Below, one piece after another: positions 1-8,634 of a stretch of 64,000 nucleotides of DNA. Source of the DNA: Clostridia bacterium (GTDB taxonomy: Bacteria > Bacillota > Clostridia > Oscillospirales > CAG-272); assembly GCA_017621755.1 (NCBI GenBank), contig JAGASL010000063.1:12265-76264 (forward strand), read 5' to 3'. The notes below the pieces were generated by a model, which was not told the DNA's origin, made no database searches, and saw nothing but the letters and a program-made list of their open reading frames with translations. How positions within the stretch are numbered: the stretch's first letter is position 1; each line of letters opens with the position of its first letter. The translations under genes and the position numbers were made by a program.

Positions 1-2
1 TG

Positions 3-431
3 GGGCTGGTTCTGACACAAGAGCTGACAGCGGCAGAAGCGCTGACTCTGCGCTTCCGTTCCAGAATAGATGCCTACCGGGGCAAGCCCTACGATATTTT
101 GACCATCGGCGGAAAGACGCGAAACGGCGCTGTCATATTTGCCCAATATGACGAGGAAAGCAAGCAGGATCATATGTGGGTGCAGGTGGCAGGGGAAAAG
201 CCGGTAAAACTTTGCGCCTTCCGCCTGCGGGAATGGAATGCGTTTGAGGTGGTGATCGGCAAAAAGGAGATCGCCGTGAATTGTAATGGCCATCGGGCAA
301 TCTATGCGGTAGAGGCCCTGCGAAAGCTCTCCTTTGGTGGGTTGTATCGCAAGCCTGCCTGGCCCTACTATGAGGTGGCTGCCTCGCGGGTGCTTTTAGA
401 AAAGGCTTCCTTGGAGTTGTGTCAGCCATGA
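3..431 (+). CDS. hypothetical protein, 5' end outside the window
   Basis: Frame 3 is open from nt 3 to TGA at 429-431. The listed ORF 99..431 merely starts at an internal TTG. A hairpin plus T-run follows. No recognisable motifs. Confidence 0.45.
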   Translation, partial: GLVLTQELTAAEALTLRFRSRIDAYRGKPYDILTIGGKTRNGAVIFAQYDEESKQDHMWVQVAGEKPVKLCAFRLREWNAFEVVIGKKEIAVNCNGHRAIYAVEALRKLSFGGLYRKPAWPYYEVAASRVLLEKASLELCQP

Positions 432-463
432 TCGCTTTTAGCGTAAAAAGAAATAAGAGCAGA

Positions 464-501
464 AGAGGAGCGAAAAGCTTTCGTTCCTCTTTTGTTTTTT
501 T
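464..501 (+). terminator. intrinsic terminator
   Basis: agaggagcgaa / ttcgttcctct stem (one G-U pair) followed by tttgttttttt. Confidence 0.6.
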
Positions 502-541
502 GTGTGAATTTTCTGAAAAGCATGAAATTTTCAAAAACTTC

Positions 542-570
542 TTGACAAATTATGCACGATTTGCTATAAT
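542..570 (+). promoter_or_regulatory. sigma-A type promoter of the T-box/ABC operon
   Basis: TTGACA (542-547), 17-nt spacer, TATAAT (565-570). Confidence 0.6.
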
Positions 571-589
571 ACTTGCATATTTATAAGCG

Positions 590-860
590 TTTGAGCAGAA
601 ACCAGTATCCGTTTTCCTGGCGGGCAGAGAGTTGCCGGGTGGTGCGAGGCAATCGTGCAGGGGCGGGGAATTCCTTCTGCGAGCTGTGGGCTGAAGACGG
701 CGTTGCGTAGGCCTTACCGGGTGCGACCGTTATATCGCGCGGGTGTATTGGCACCTAACGAGGCTCTTTTTGCGAGAAAAGAGCGAAGCAGAGTGGTAAC
801 ACGGCATGGCTGTCCCTGTTTCTTTCCGGTTGACGGAAGGAGCGGGGCTTTTTCTTTTGT
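590..860 (+). promoter_or_regulatory. T-box leader (tRNA-sensing transcription attenuator)
   Basis: Stem I base helix gcagaa (595-600) / ttctgc (675-680) with flanking GA (K-turn-like) residues. AGUA/GAA S-turn elements. AG bulge cAGAGAG (625-631). Distal loop GGUGGUGCGA. T-box core GAGUGGUAACACGG (790-803). Terminator helix 814-848 followed by cttttt-cttttg. Confidence 0.75.
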
Positions 861-912
861 AATTTTGCGGCAGAGCCGCGGAATGATATATTTTTTTAAG
901 GAGCTTACGAAC

Positions 913-1839
913 ATGAAAAAGGCATTATCTCTTATCCTGGCGCTGGTGCTTTGCGCCCTTTCCTGCGTTTCGCTTGTCGCCTGCGGCAACGGGACCGATT
1001 ACACCGTTGGCGTTTGCCAGCTGGCAGTACACCCCTCGCTGGATGCGGCGACCAAGGGCTTTCAGGATGCCCTGACGGCCGAAATGGAAAAGGCCGGCAA
1101 GACCATTACGATCGACGTGCAGGTGGCTGGTGAGCCCAACCTGTGCAACGCGGTAATCAACACCTTTACCGCTAAGAACGTGAATCTGATCATGGGCAAC
1201 GCAACCCCCGCGCTACTGGCTGCCGCCAATGCCACCTGGGATATCCCTGTGCTGGGCACCTCGGTAACCGACTATGCCGATACCTTTGCCGGCAATATTC
1301 CCAGCAACGTTTCCGGCACCTCGGATGCCGTTCCCTTTGACGAGCAGGCACAGATGATGATCGACACCCTTGACCTGGTGGCAGGTGACGTGGTTGGCGT
1401 GCTTTACTGCGCAAACGAATCCAACTCCCTTCTGCAGTACGAGGCTGTAAAGGCACTCTTTGAGGCAGAGGGCATCGTGGTAAAGGCATACACCTTCTCT
1501 GAAACGACCGAGCTGCAGGCGCTGGTAAACGGCCTGGTGACTGAGTGTAAGGCGCTCTACATCCCCTCGGATAACACCGTAGCACAGAACGATACCATCG
1601 TGGGTACCATTTGCAGCGAGAACAACATTCCGGTTTACACCAGCTATGCCAGCACGGTCTGCTACGCCAGCCTGGCTATCGACTACTACCAGCTCGGCTG
1701 GGAGACTGGCTTGATGGCAGCACAGATCCTGACCGGCGAGAAGCAGGTCTACGATTTTGCGATCAAGACGCTGGAGCCCTCTGTCGTATTCAACGAGGAA
1801 CTTTGCGCACAGCTGGGTATTGAAGTACCTGAGAACTAA
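913..1839 (+). CDS. ABC transporter substrate-binding lipoprotein (COG2984/BMP-like family)
   Basis: AAGGAG RBS at 898-903. Signal peptide with lipobox LVAC-G. First gene of an SBP-permease-ATPase operon. The ORF stretch upstream of 913 is occupied by the T-box. Confidence 0.85.
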   Translation: MKKALSLILALVLCALSCVSLVACGNGTDYTVGVCQLAVHPSLDAATKGFQDALTAEMEKAGKTITIDVQVAGEPNLCNAVINTFTAKNVNLIMGNATPALLAAANATWDIPVLGTSVTDYADTFAGNIPSNVSGTSDAVPFDEQAQMMIDTLDLVAGDVVGVLYCANESNSLLQYEAVKALFEAEGIVVKAYTFSETTELQALVNGLVTECKALYIPSDNTVAQNDTIVGTICSENNIPVYTSYASTVCYASLAIDYYQLGWETGLMAAQILTGEKQVYDFAIKTLEPSVVFNEELCAQLGIEVPEN

Positions 1840-1865
1840 TTTCCTTTTGAGGTAAACGATCTATT

Positions 1866-2798
1866 ATGGCTTTTTTGAACGCATTGCCCGGCGCGGTAGC
1901 GGAAGGGCTGATCTGGGGATTGATGGCCATTGGCGTCTATATCTCCTATAAGATCTTAGATATTGCCGACCTGACCGTTGACGGCTCGATCTGCACGGGC
2001 GGCTGTGTTTTCGCGGTGCTGCTGGCCGCCGGCATGCCGGTCTGGCTGAGCGTGCTGATCGCCTTTTTGGCTGGGGCTCTTGCCGGTGTGATCACCGGTC
2101 TGCTGCACACGGCCTTAGGCATTCCCTCGATCTTGGCCGGTATTCTGACGCAGCTGCTTCTCTATTCGGTCAATCTGGCTATTCTTGGCGGTCGCTCACT
2201 GGTAGCGATCGACCCGCGCGCCAACCGGCTGCTGCTACACATGAGCAACAACCCCATGGCCGTGGTAACGGCCGGCTTGATCATTGTGGCCACGATCGTG
2301 GTTTTGTGGCTCTTCTTCTACACCGAGGTAGGGCTTACGCTGAAGTCCACCGGTGACAACCCGGATATGAGCCGTGCACAGGGTGTCAACGTTAAGTTTA
2401 ACAAGGTGCTTGGCCTGGCCATTTCAAACGGTATTGTGGCGCTGGCCGGCTCGCTGCTGGCGCAGTACAAGGGCTCTGCCAATATCAACGATGGCCGTGG
2501 CGCCATCGTCATCGGTTTGGCCGCCATCTTTATCGGTCTTTCTGTTTCTATGAAGATCAAGCCGAATTTCGTTGTCAGCCTGACGGGCGTTATCGGCGGT
2601 GGCGTGGTCTATTACATCATTTACAACTTCGTCATTCTGCTGGGGCTGAAGACCGACTATCTGAAGATGCTTTCGGCCATTATCGTAACGCTGTTCTTGG
2701 CGGTCCCTTACCTCAAGGGCGAGTATTTTACCAAGCAGAAATCCATTCTGCCGGCACCGACAGGCGAGGAAGAGGCAGGGGGTGAAGAGCATGCTTAA
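1866..2798 (+). CDS. ABC transporter permease (COG4120-like)
   Basis: 310-aa polytopic hydrophobic protein. Sits between the SBP and ATPase genes and overlaps the ATPase start. Confidence 0.85.
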   Translation: MAFLNALPGAVAEGLIWGLMAIGVYISYKILDIADLTVDGSICTGGCVFAVLLAAGMPVWLSVLIAFLAGALAGVITGLLHTALGIPSILAGILTQLLLYSVNLAILGGRSLVAIDPRANRLLLHMSNNPMAVVTAGLIIVATIVVLWLFFYTEVGLTLKSTGDNPDMSRAQGVNVKFNKVLGLAISNGIVALAGSLLAQYKGSANINDGRGAIVIGLAAIFIGLSVSMKIKPNFVVSLTGVIGGGVVYYIIYNFVILLGLKTDYLKMLSAIIVTLFLAVPYLKGEYFTKQKSILPAPTGEEEAGGEEHA

Positions 2799-3588
2799 GA
2801 TCACCAATCTGCAAAAGACCTTTAACCCCGGCACGGTCAACGCCAAGGTGGCGCTCAGCGGCTTTGACCTGACGATTGAGGATGGGGATTTCGTTACCGT
2901 GATCGGTGGTAACGGCGCCGGTAAGAGCACCATGCTGAACGCGATCTGCGGCGTGTGGCGCCCGGATTATGGCAGCATCGAGATCGACGGCGTAGACGTT
3001 ACGAATATGCCTGAGCATAAGCGGGCTAAGTTCCTTGGTCGCGTGTTCCAGGACCCGATGAAGGGCACCTCGCCGGATATGGAGATCGCTGAAAATCTTT
3101 CCATTGCGGCGCGCCGCGGCACCAAGCGCAAGCTGATCTGGGGCTGCCCGCGCAAGGAGCGCGAGAGCTATAAGGCACTCCTTGCTCAGCTGGAGCTGGG
3201 GCTTGAAAACCGTCTCTCCACCAAGGTTGGTCTGCTTTCCGGCGGCCAGCGCCAGGCAGTGACCCTGCTGATGGCCACCCTGCGCAAGCCCAAGCTGCTG
3301 CTGCTTGACGAGCATACCGCCGCCCTTGACCCGAAAACGGCGGCCAAGGTGCTGTCTATTACCGACAAGCTGGTAACCGAAAATAAGCTGACCACTCTGA
3401 TGGTAACGCATAACATGTATGATGCCATCAAGTACGGCAACCGCCTGATCATGCTGCACGAGGGGCGTGTGGTGGTGGATATTAAGGGCGAGCAAAAGAA
3501 GAGCCTCACGGTTGAGGATCTCCTTGCCCTCTTTGAGGCCGGCAGCGGCAGCAAGTTTGCAAGTGATAAGGAATTGCTTTCTAAATAA
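2791..3588 (+). CDS. ABC transporter ATP-binding protein (COG1101-like)
   Basis: Walker A GGNGAGKST, signature LSGGQRQ, Walker B LLLLDEHTAALD. The ATG at 2791 overlaps the permease stop (ATGCTTAA). GTG at 2782 is an alternative start. Confidence 0.9.
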   Translation: MLKITNLQKTFNPGTVNAKVALSGFDLTIEDGDFVTVIGGNGAGKSTMLNAICGVWRPDYGSIEIDGVDVTNMPEHKRAKFLGRVFQDPMKGTSPDMEIAENLSIAARRGTKRKLIWGCPRKERESYKALLAQLELGLENRLSTKVGLLSGGQRQAVTLLMATLRKPKLLLLDEHTAALDPKTAAKVLSITDKLVTENKLTTLMVTHNMYDAIKYGNRLIMLHEGRVVVDIKGEQKKSLTVEDLLALFEAGSGSKFASDKELLSK

Positions 3589-3589
3589 G

Positions 3590-3622
3590 AAAAAATCGAG
3601 CTGCTTGCAGCTCGATTTTTTC
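3590..3622 (+). terminator. intrinsic terminator of the ABC operon
   Basis: atcgagctgc-tt-gcagctcgat perfect stem followed by tttttt. Confidence 0.75.
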
Positions 3623-3686
3623 TCTTTCTATATTGACTTTTTTGGCATGCCGTTGTAAAATGAAGAAAAACAAAAAGGGGGGAACG

Positions 3687-4703
3687 ATGATGATACCTTG
3701 TTTAGAGCCGGATCATATTTTAGAGCTGAACCGCGATTTAGAGCCCTTTATTATTCAGGGTAGTGTGGGCAGATCACGCTTTTGGGGGGATGCCTACAAG
3801 CCGCTGCAGTTTGTTCATCTTTCGGATATCCACACCCGCTCAGATCTTTGGAACCGCATGGTGGATTTCGTTAACCACTATCAAAATTTTATTTCCTTTG
3901 CCCTGCACACGGGCGACTATTGCGGCGCCAGTCAGCTGAGCTATAACGATCTGTACGCCATGCAGGAGGTGCCCTGTGCCAGACCGATCCTCAACTGTGT
4001 GGGCAACCATGATTGTGAGGCCAATTCGGATTGGGCAAAGGGCACGCCCTGCTTTGCCACGCAGGAATCGGTGCATCGCCTGCTTTTTAACCATACCGAG
4101 GATTGGGGCGTTACCTTTATGCCGGGAGAAACGCCTACCTCGTATTATCAGGATTTTCCCGAGGCGAATATCCGCCTGATCGTGCTTGATCTGTATAATG
4201 AGAAGGAAGCACACACGGCTTGGCTGAAGGGTCTTTTGGATGAGGCGAAGGAAAAGGGCTTGCACGTGGTCACCGCCATGCATCAGATGTCGGCCGGCTT
4301 GTCGACCGTGCCGGAGAGCACCTTTACCACCTACCACGATTACGAGGCGCGCTTTGGCAAAAAGGGGAAAACGGTATACGAGGATACGATTGCGGAATTT
4401 ATCGCTGGCGGCGGTATTCACGTCTGCAACCTGGCAGGGCACGAGCACCGCGACTATTTCGGCATCACGGCCGGCGGGGTACTGAACGTAACGGTGGAAT
4501 GCGCTACCGCCTGGCATGACTGGAGCGATGGTGTTCGTATTCCCGGTTCCCGCACCTTTGATTGCTTTAACGTGGTATCCGTAGACGTGAACGTTGGTAT
4601 GCTGAAGCTGCTGCGTGTGGGGAACAATTGCGACCACCTGCTGAGAGCTAAGCGTGCGCTTTGCTACGATTACGTGAATAAAAAAGTTGTTTTTAACGGT
4701 TAA
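3687..4703 (+). CDS. metallophosphoesterase (calcineurin-like)
   Basis: Motifs HLSDIH, HTGDY, GNHD and GHEH. Start chosen at the ATG 4-5 nt after AAGGGGGG; ATGs at 3633 and 3660 lack an RBS. Confidence 0.7.
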   Translation: MMIPCLEPDHILELNRDLEPFIIQGSVGRSRFWGDAYKPLQFVHLSDIHTRSDLWNRMVDFVNHYQNFISFALHTGDYCGASQLSYNDLYAMQEVPCARPILNCVGNHDCEANSDWAKGTPCFATQESVHRLLFNHTEDWGVTFMPGETPTSYYQDFPEANIRLIVLDLYNEKEAHTAWLKGLLDEAKEKGLHVVTAMHQMSAGLSTVPESTFTTYHDYEARFGKKGKTVYEDTIAEFIAGGGIHVCNLAGHEHRDYFGITAGGVLNVTVECATAWHDWSDGVRIPGSRTFDCFNVVSVDVNVGMLKLLRVGNNCDHLLRAKRALCYDYVNKKVVFNG

Positions 4704-4741
4704 AAAGAACCGGCAGCATGTGGTGCTGCCGGTTCTTTTTT
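4702..4741. terminator. bidirectional intrinsic terminator between convergent genes
   Basis: A-run, gaaccggcagc / gctgccggttc stem, T-run. Overlaps both stop codons. Confidence 0.65.
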
Positions 4742-6146
4742 ATGCGTCCTTTTGCTCTTTTTTTGCCTTGCGCTCTGCCTTACTTTGGGCCATATATTCG
4801 TTCAGCGCACGCACAGCCTTGCCGGAAAGGGGAATGATGGCGATCGCGTTGATCACGGTGCAAAGGGCAATGCCGATATCACCCAGGTCCCAAACAAAGG
4901 TATAGGCAGCGAGGCCGCCGATGAAAAGCATGACAAGGTACAGGATCTTACAGCATAGCTGGGCTATGGTGCGGTTGCCAAACAGATAGGCAACGTTGGG
5001 GCGGGCATAATACAGCACCCCAAGGAAGGTAGAGAAGCTGAACAGCCAAAGAATGATGGCTATAAAGATGACCCCGGCTTGGCCAAAATGGTACTGCATG
5101 GCCGTTTGCAAAAGAGGCATGCCCTCCAGCCCGGCTAACAGATCCTCCGGAACCAGCAGCATGATCATGGCGGTGCAGGTGCAGATGATGATGGTATCGA
5201 TAAATACGCCCAGCGCCTGATACAGGCCGGCCTTGGCCGGGTGGCTGACATCAGCCGAGGCAGCGGCGCAGGGGGCAGAGCCAGAGCCGGCCTCGTTTGA
5301 AAACAGACCGCGCTTGACCCCGTTCATCAATGCGGCGCCAAAGCCGCCGGCCACGACCTGCCGCAGGCCAAACGCCTCTTCAAAAATGCGAGAGAAAACA
5401 ACGGGCAGCTGGCCAACATTTTTCACAATGATAAAGATGGCAGCCACAAAATAGATGCCGGCCATGATCGGCACCAAAATATCCAGCACCTTCACGGTGG
5501 CGTTTTTGCGCAGCACGATCACGGCTGAAAGCGCTACTAAGATCACGGTAGAAACGATAGGCGGGATGTGAAAGGCGTATTCAAAGGCCGAGGAGACAGA
5601 GTTGCCGATCACCTGGCTGATGCCGCCCCAGCAAAGCAGGCCGGAAAGGGCAAACAGAATAGCCAGTATGCTGAATCTTCGCTTGCCGCCAAACAGGTGG
5701 TGGATGTAGTGTGCCGGGCCACCGCGATAGCCGCCGTACATCGGGTCAGGCTCCTTGTGCATTTGTGCCAGGGTTGCCTCAATATACGCGGTAGAGGAGC
5801 CGATCAGCGCGGTGACCCACATCCAGAACACGGCACCGGCACCGCCAGCAGAGAGGGCGGCTACTACGCCTACCAGGTTGCCCATGCCTACGCGGGTAGC
5901 GGTAGAGACCATCAATGCCTGTACACCGGAAATAGCACCGGCCTTTGTGGTCTTTTTTTCTGCGGTGATGCGCAGCATTTCGGGGAAGCAGCGAACCGGC
6001 AAGCATTTGGTGCGCACGGTAAAATACAGCCCCATGGGGATCAGTATCAAAACCAGCAGAGAAATGCCGACAGAGGAGCCGCCCGGCAGCGGAATGGTGA
6101 ATAGATCCCCCCACAAAAGATTGTAGATAAAATGAAATACCTGCAT
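4740..6146 (-). CDS. sodium:alanine (amino acid) symporter, AGCS family
   Basis: N-terminal pattern GISLLVLI...YFT.R, GAISGVQALMVSTATRVGMGNLVGVA and GGPAHYI, typical of alanine/glycine:cation symporters. ATG at 6146 has a GAGGTG RBS; the ORF's GTG at 6152 is less likely. Confidence 0.88.
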   Translation of the reverse strand: MQVFHFIYNLLWGDLFTIPLPGGSSVGISLLVLILIPMGLYFTVRTKCLPVRCFPEMLRITAEKKTTKAGAISGVQALMVSTATRVGMGNLVGVVAALSAGGAGAVFWMWVTALIGSSTAYIEATLAQMHKEPDPMYGGYRGGPAHYIHHLFGGKRRFSILAILFALSGLLCWGGISQVIGNSVSSAFEYAFHIPPIVSTVILVALSAVIVLRKNATVKVLDILVPIMAGIYFVAAIFIIVKNVGQLPVVFSRIFEEAFGLRQVVAGGFGAALMNGVKRGLFSNEAGSGSAPCAAASADVSHPAKAGLYQALGVFIDTIIICTCTAMIMLLVPEDLLAGLEGMPLLQTAMQYHFGQAGVIFIAIILWLFSFSTFLGVLYYARPNVAYLFGNRTIAQLCCKILYLVMLFIGGLAAYTFVWDLGDIGIALCTVINAIAIIPLSGKAVRALNEYMAQSKAERKAKKEQKDA

Positions 6147-6173
6147 AAGCACCTCGCATTGTTAACTTTGAAT

Positions 6174-6202
6174 AGTATACTATATTTTTTCTTGCCTGTC
6201 AA
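6174..6202 (-). promoter_or_regulatory. promoter of the symporter gene
   Basis: Minus strand: TTGACA (6202-6197), 17 nt, TATACT (6179-6174). Confidence 0.55.
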
Positions 6203-6206
6203 TAGC

Positions 6207-6243
6207 AAAAGCCAACGGTGAATTTCCATCATCGTTGGCTTTT
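6207..6243 (-). terminator. intrinsic terminator after the acyl-CoA ligase gene
   Basis: aaaagccaacg ... cgttggctttt stem flanked by A/T runs, just past the stop at 6248. Confidence 0.65.
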
Positions 6244-6247
6244 ATCA

Positions 6248-7963
6248 TTAGTCGATCGTGCGATCCAGCTTAAAGCGGGTGATCTTGCGCAGGGTGTTCT
6301 TGGGGAATTCCTCGGTGCGTACGCGGATCAGGCCGATCTTTTTGTAGGGAACGGCGGTGCGGTTGTACCTATCAACGTAGGGACGCAGGTAGGCCTCGAA
6401 ATCCTCGATGCCCTCACGCTTCACGTACTCCTCGTCCGGGAACACCTCCAGCACGATGGCATTGTTCTCAACGCCACGGCGGCTAATTCCCTCGTAAACA
6501 ACAAGATCCTTGATGCCTTCTACCATGTCCGAGATCTGGCTTTCGATCTCCTCGGGATATACGTTTTTACCGTTAGAGAGGATGATCAGGTTCTTCAGGC
6601 GGCCGGTAATATACAGGCGCCCCTCCTTATCCAGGCGGCCGATGTCACCGGTGTGAAAGTAGCCGTCCGGATCGATGGCGGCCACGGTGGCTTGTGCGTT
6701 TTTGTAGTAGCCCATCATTACGTTCGGGCCCTTTACGCAGATCTCACCCTCGCCGGTCTCGGTGGGGTTCATGATCTTTACATCTACGTCCGGAATGGCA
6801 ACGCCTACCGAGCCGGGCGTGCGGAAGCGCAGACGGTTAGCTGCGATCAGCGGTGCGCATTCGGTAATGCCGTAGCCGTTGACCACGGTCACGCCAAGCG
6901 CGTCAAACCCGTCTACGATCTCCTGGCTGATCGGTGCGCCGCCGCTAACGGCCATGCACAGCTCGCCACCAAAGGCGGAAAGCACGCTTTTTTTGAAGAA
7001 GGTGGCGCGCATATCAATGCCCACCCTGCGCAGCGCCTCGCTGGTCTTGATCATCTTGCGCAGCAATTCGTCCTTGCCGCCCTCCTTGGCGCTGGCCCAA
7101 ATGCGGCGCCAGAAGGTCTCCAGGTACAGCGGCACCAAGATCAGGTATTGTGGCTTGTGCTCGCGCAGCTCCTGCAGGATATAGCGCAGGCCGGAGGAGA
7201 TATACATGTTCGAGCCACCGCATACGGTGGCTAAAATGCTGATGGTAGAGCCAAAGGTGTGGTGCGGCGGCAACAGGCCGATGGTGCGCGGGAAAACGCG
7301 AAGCACCTTGTAGGCACCGTAGATGTTGTGCAAAAGGGCCTGCTGGTTGTGCATCACGCCCTTGCCCTGGCCGGTAGTGCCGGAGGTGAATACCAGCAGC
7401 GCCAGGGCGCGGGGGTCGATGGGGGCGGTATCAAAGCCGGTATCACCGTCAGCGATGAGCGTCTCACCCTCCTCGCGGTAGGTGGCAAGCGGCTTTGTCC
7501 ACTCTGCGCCGAAGCACACGGGCGCCTCAATGCCGTTTTCACGGCAGATGGCCTCGGCCTTCCTTTGCAGGTCGCCATCGCAGAAAAGGTGGGTGCATTC
7601 CGCACGCTTCACAGTATCAACCAGATCGGCCTCCGTCCACTCTCGGTCTAAGGGCACCAGCACGGCGCCGATCGAAAGCAGGGCAAAGTAGCAGCAGATC
7701 CAATCGTAAGACAGGCGGCCGATCAGGGCGCAATGCCGGCCGGTCAAGCCATCGGCCAGCGCGTGGGTGCCAATGGCACGCACGTCTTGATAAAACTGGC
7801 GAAAGGTGATGCGCTGCGGCTCCTTATCGCTACCGCTTATGCGGTAGGTAAAGGCGATCCGGTCGGCAAATTTCTCGGTGCTGACCGTTAAAAGCTCCCG
7901 TATATCACGAAAGAGCGGAATACCCTTTTCCAGGGGGTAATTATGATTCAAATTACTGTTCAT
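6248..7963 (-). CDS. long-chain fatty acid-CoA ligase (AMP-binding enzyme)
   Basis: AMP-binding motif FTSGTTGQGKGV, plus GYGITEC, YFHTGDIG and GRLKNLIILSNGKNVYPEEIE. Start at internal ATG 7963 (RBS AAGAGGA) rather than 8026. Overlaps the marR stop by 11 nt. Confidence 0.85.
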   Translation of the reverse strand: MNSNLNHNYPLEKGIPLFRDIRELLTVSTEKFADRIAFTYRISGSDKEPQRITFRQFYQDVRAIGTHALADGLTGRHCALIGRLSYDWICCYFALLSIGAVLVPLDREWTEADLVDTVKRAECTHLFCDGDLQRKAEAICRENGIEAPVCFGAEWTKPLATYREEGETLIADGDTGFDTAPIDPRALALLVFTSGTTGQGKGVMHNQQALLHNIYGAYKVLRVFPRTIGLLPPHHTFGSTISILATVCGGSNMYISSGLRYILQELREHKPQYLILVPLYLETFWRRIWASAKEGGKDELLRKMIKTSEALRRVGIDMRATFFKKSVLSAFGGELCMAVSGGAPISQEIVDGFDALGVTVVNGYGITECAPLIAANRLRFRTPGSVGVAIPDVDVKIMNPTETGEGEICVKGPNVMMGYYKNAQATVAAIDPDGYFHTGDIGRLDKEGRLYITGRLKNLIILSNGKNVYPEEIESQISDMVEGIKDLVVYEGISRRGVENNAIVLEVFPDEEYVKREGIEDFEAYLRPYVDRYNRTAVPYKKIGLIRVRTEEFPKNTLRKITRFKLDRTID

Positions 7964-8426
7964 ACGCGGTATCCTCTTTGTCCATATTTGTGGCAATGGC
8001 AATGAGCTTGTCGCGAAGCTTTTCAAACGTGGTGTAAAACTGTAGCAGCTCCTCTTTTGTTATATCGTCGCTTGCCATGTGCTGCACGGAAAGCGCGGCA
8101 TCTGCGATCTGATCGGCGATCGCGTTGCCCTTGGCGGTCAGGCGCAGCCGCGCGTTGTAATTCTTGCCACCGCACAGCTTGGCCTCCACCAGCCCCTCGC
8201 GCTTCAGATCATCCATCTCGCGTGAGATCAGCGAGCGGTCTACCATGCGGCGATTCGCCAGCTCGGTGGCGGTAAGCCCCTCGGGGTGCATTCTTAGCTC
8301 GTGTAGCCAAAAAATATGCACGCTTTTTACGCCAAAGAGCGGGGCAAAATGCTGCTCGATCTTCTTAATGCATTTTTGTGTCGTATCAACCACCTGTGTG
8401 AAGTGAATAAATCGTTTTGAATCCAT
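7953..8426 (-). CDS. MarR family transcriptional regulator
   Basis: 157 aa with a winged-HTH core (LTATELANRRMVDRSLISREMDDLKREGLV). RBS AAGGAG. Co-oriented with the acyl-CoA ligase gene. Confidence 0.85.
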   Translation of the reverse strand: MDSKRFIHFTQVVDTTQKCIKKIEQHFAPLFGVKSVHIFWLHELRMHPEGLTATELANRRMVDRSLISREMDDLKREGLVEAKLCGGKNYNARLRLTAKGNAIADQIADAALSVQHMASDDITKEELLQFYTTFEKLRDKLIAIATNMDKEDTAYEQ

Positions 8427-8443
8427 GCTTTGCTCCTTTTTGA

Positions 8444-8500
8444 TGTTGACCTGTCAACAACTGCTGATTATTATACAACATATTTGTTGACCTGTCAACA
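8444..8500. promoter_or_regulatory. two copies of a 16-bp palindrome, candidate MarR operators
   Basis: TGTTGAC-CT-GTCAACA at 8444-8459 and 8485-8500, identical, 41 bp apart. Located in the divergent marR / SGNH intergenic region. Confidence 0.5.
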
Positions 8501-8568
8501 TCTTTTTGAAAAAATTTGAAAAAAAGAGCAGAAACAGCAAGAGGGAAGGGATAAATCAAGAAAAACCA

Positions 8569-8598
8569 TTGCTTTTTCACGTTTTTCTATGGTATAAT
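8569..8598 (+). promoter_or_regulatory. extended -10 promoter of the SGNH gene
   Basis: TTGCTT (8569-8574), 18 nt, TGgTATAAT (8590-8598). Confidence 0.5.
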
Positions 8599-8634
8599 AT
8601 CAGTATATTATCCTATATCGTTTCGAGGTGCTTT

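Noticed and set aside
655-912. N-terminal 86-aa extension of the substrate-binding protein ORF (655..1839)
   Set aside because: The stretch has no RBS and is occupied by the T-box leader and its terminator. A canonical AAGGAG-ATG start with a signal peptide and lipobox begins at 913.
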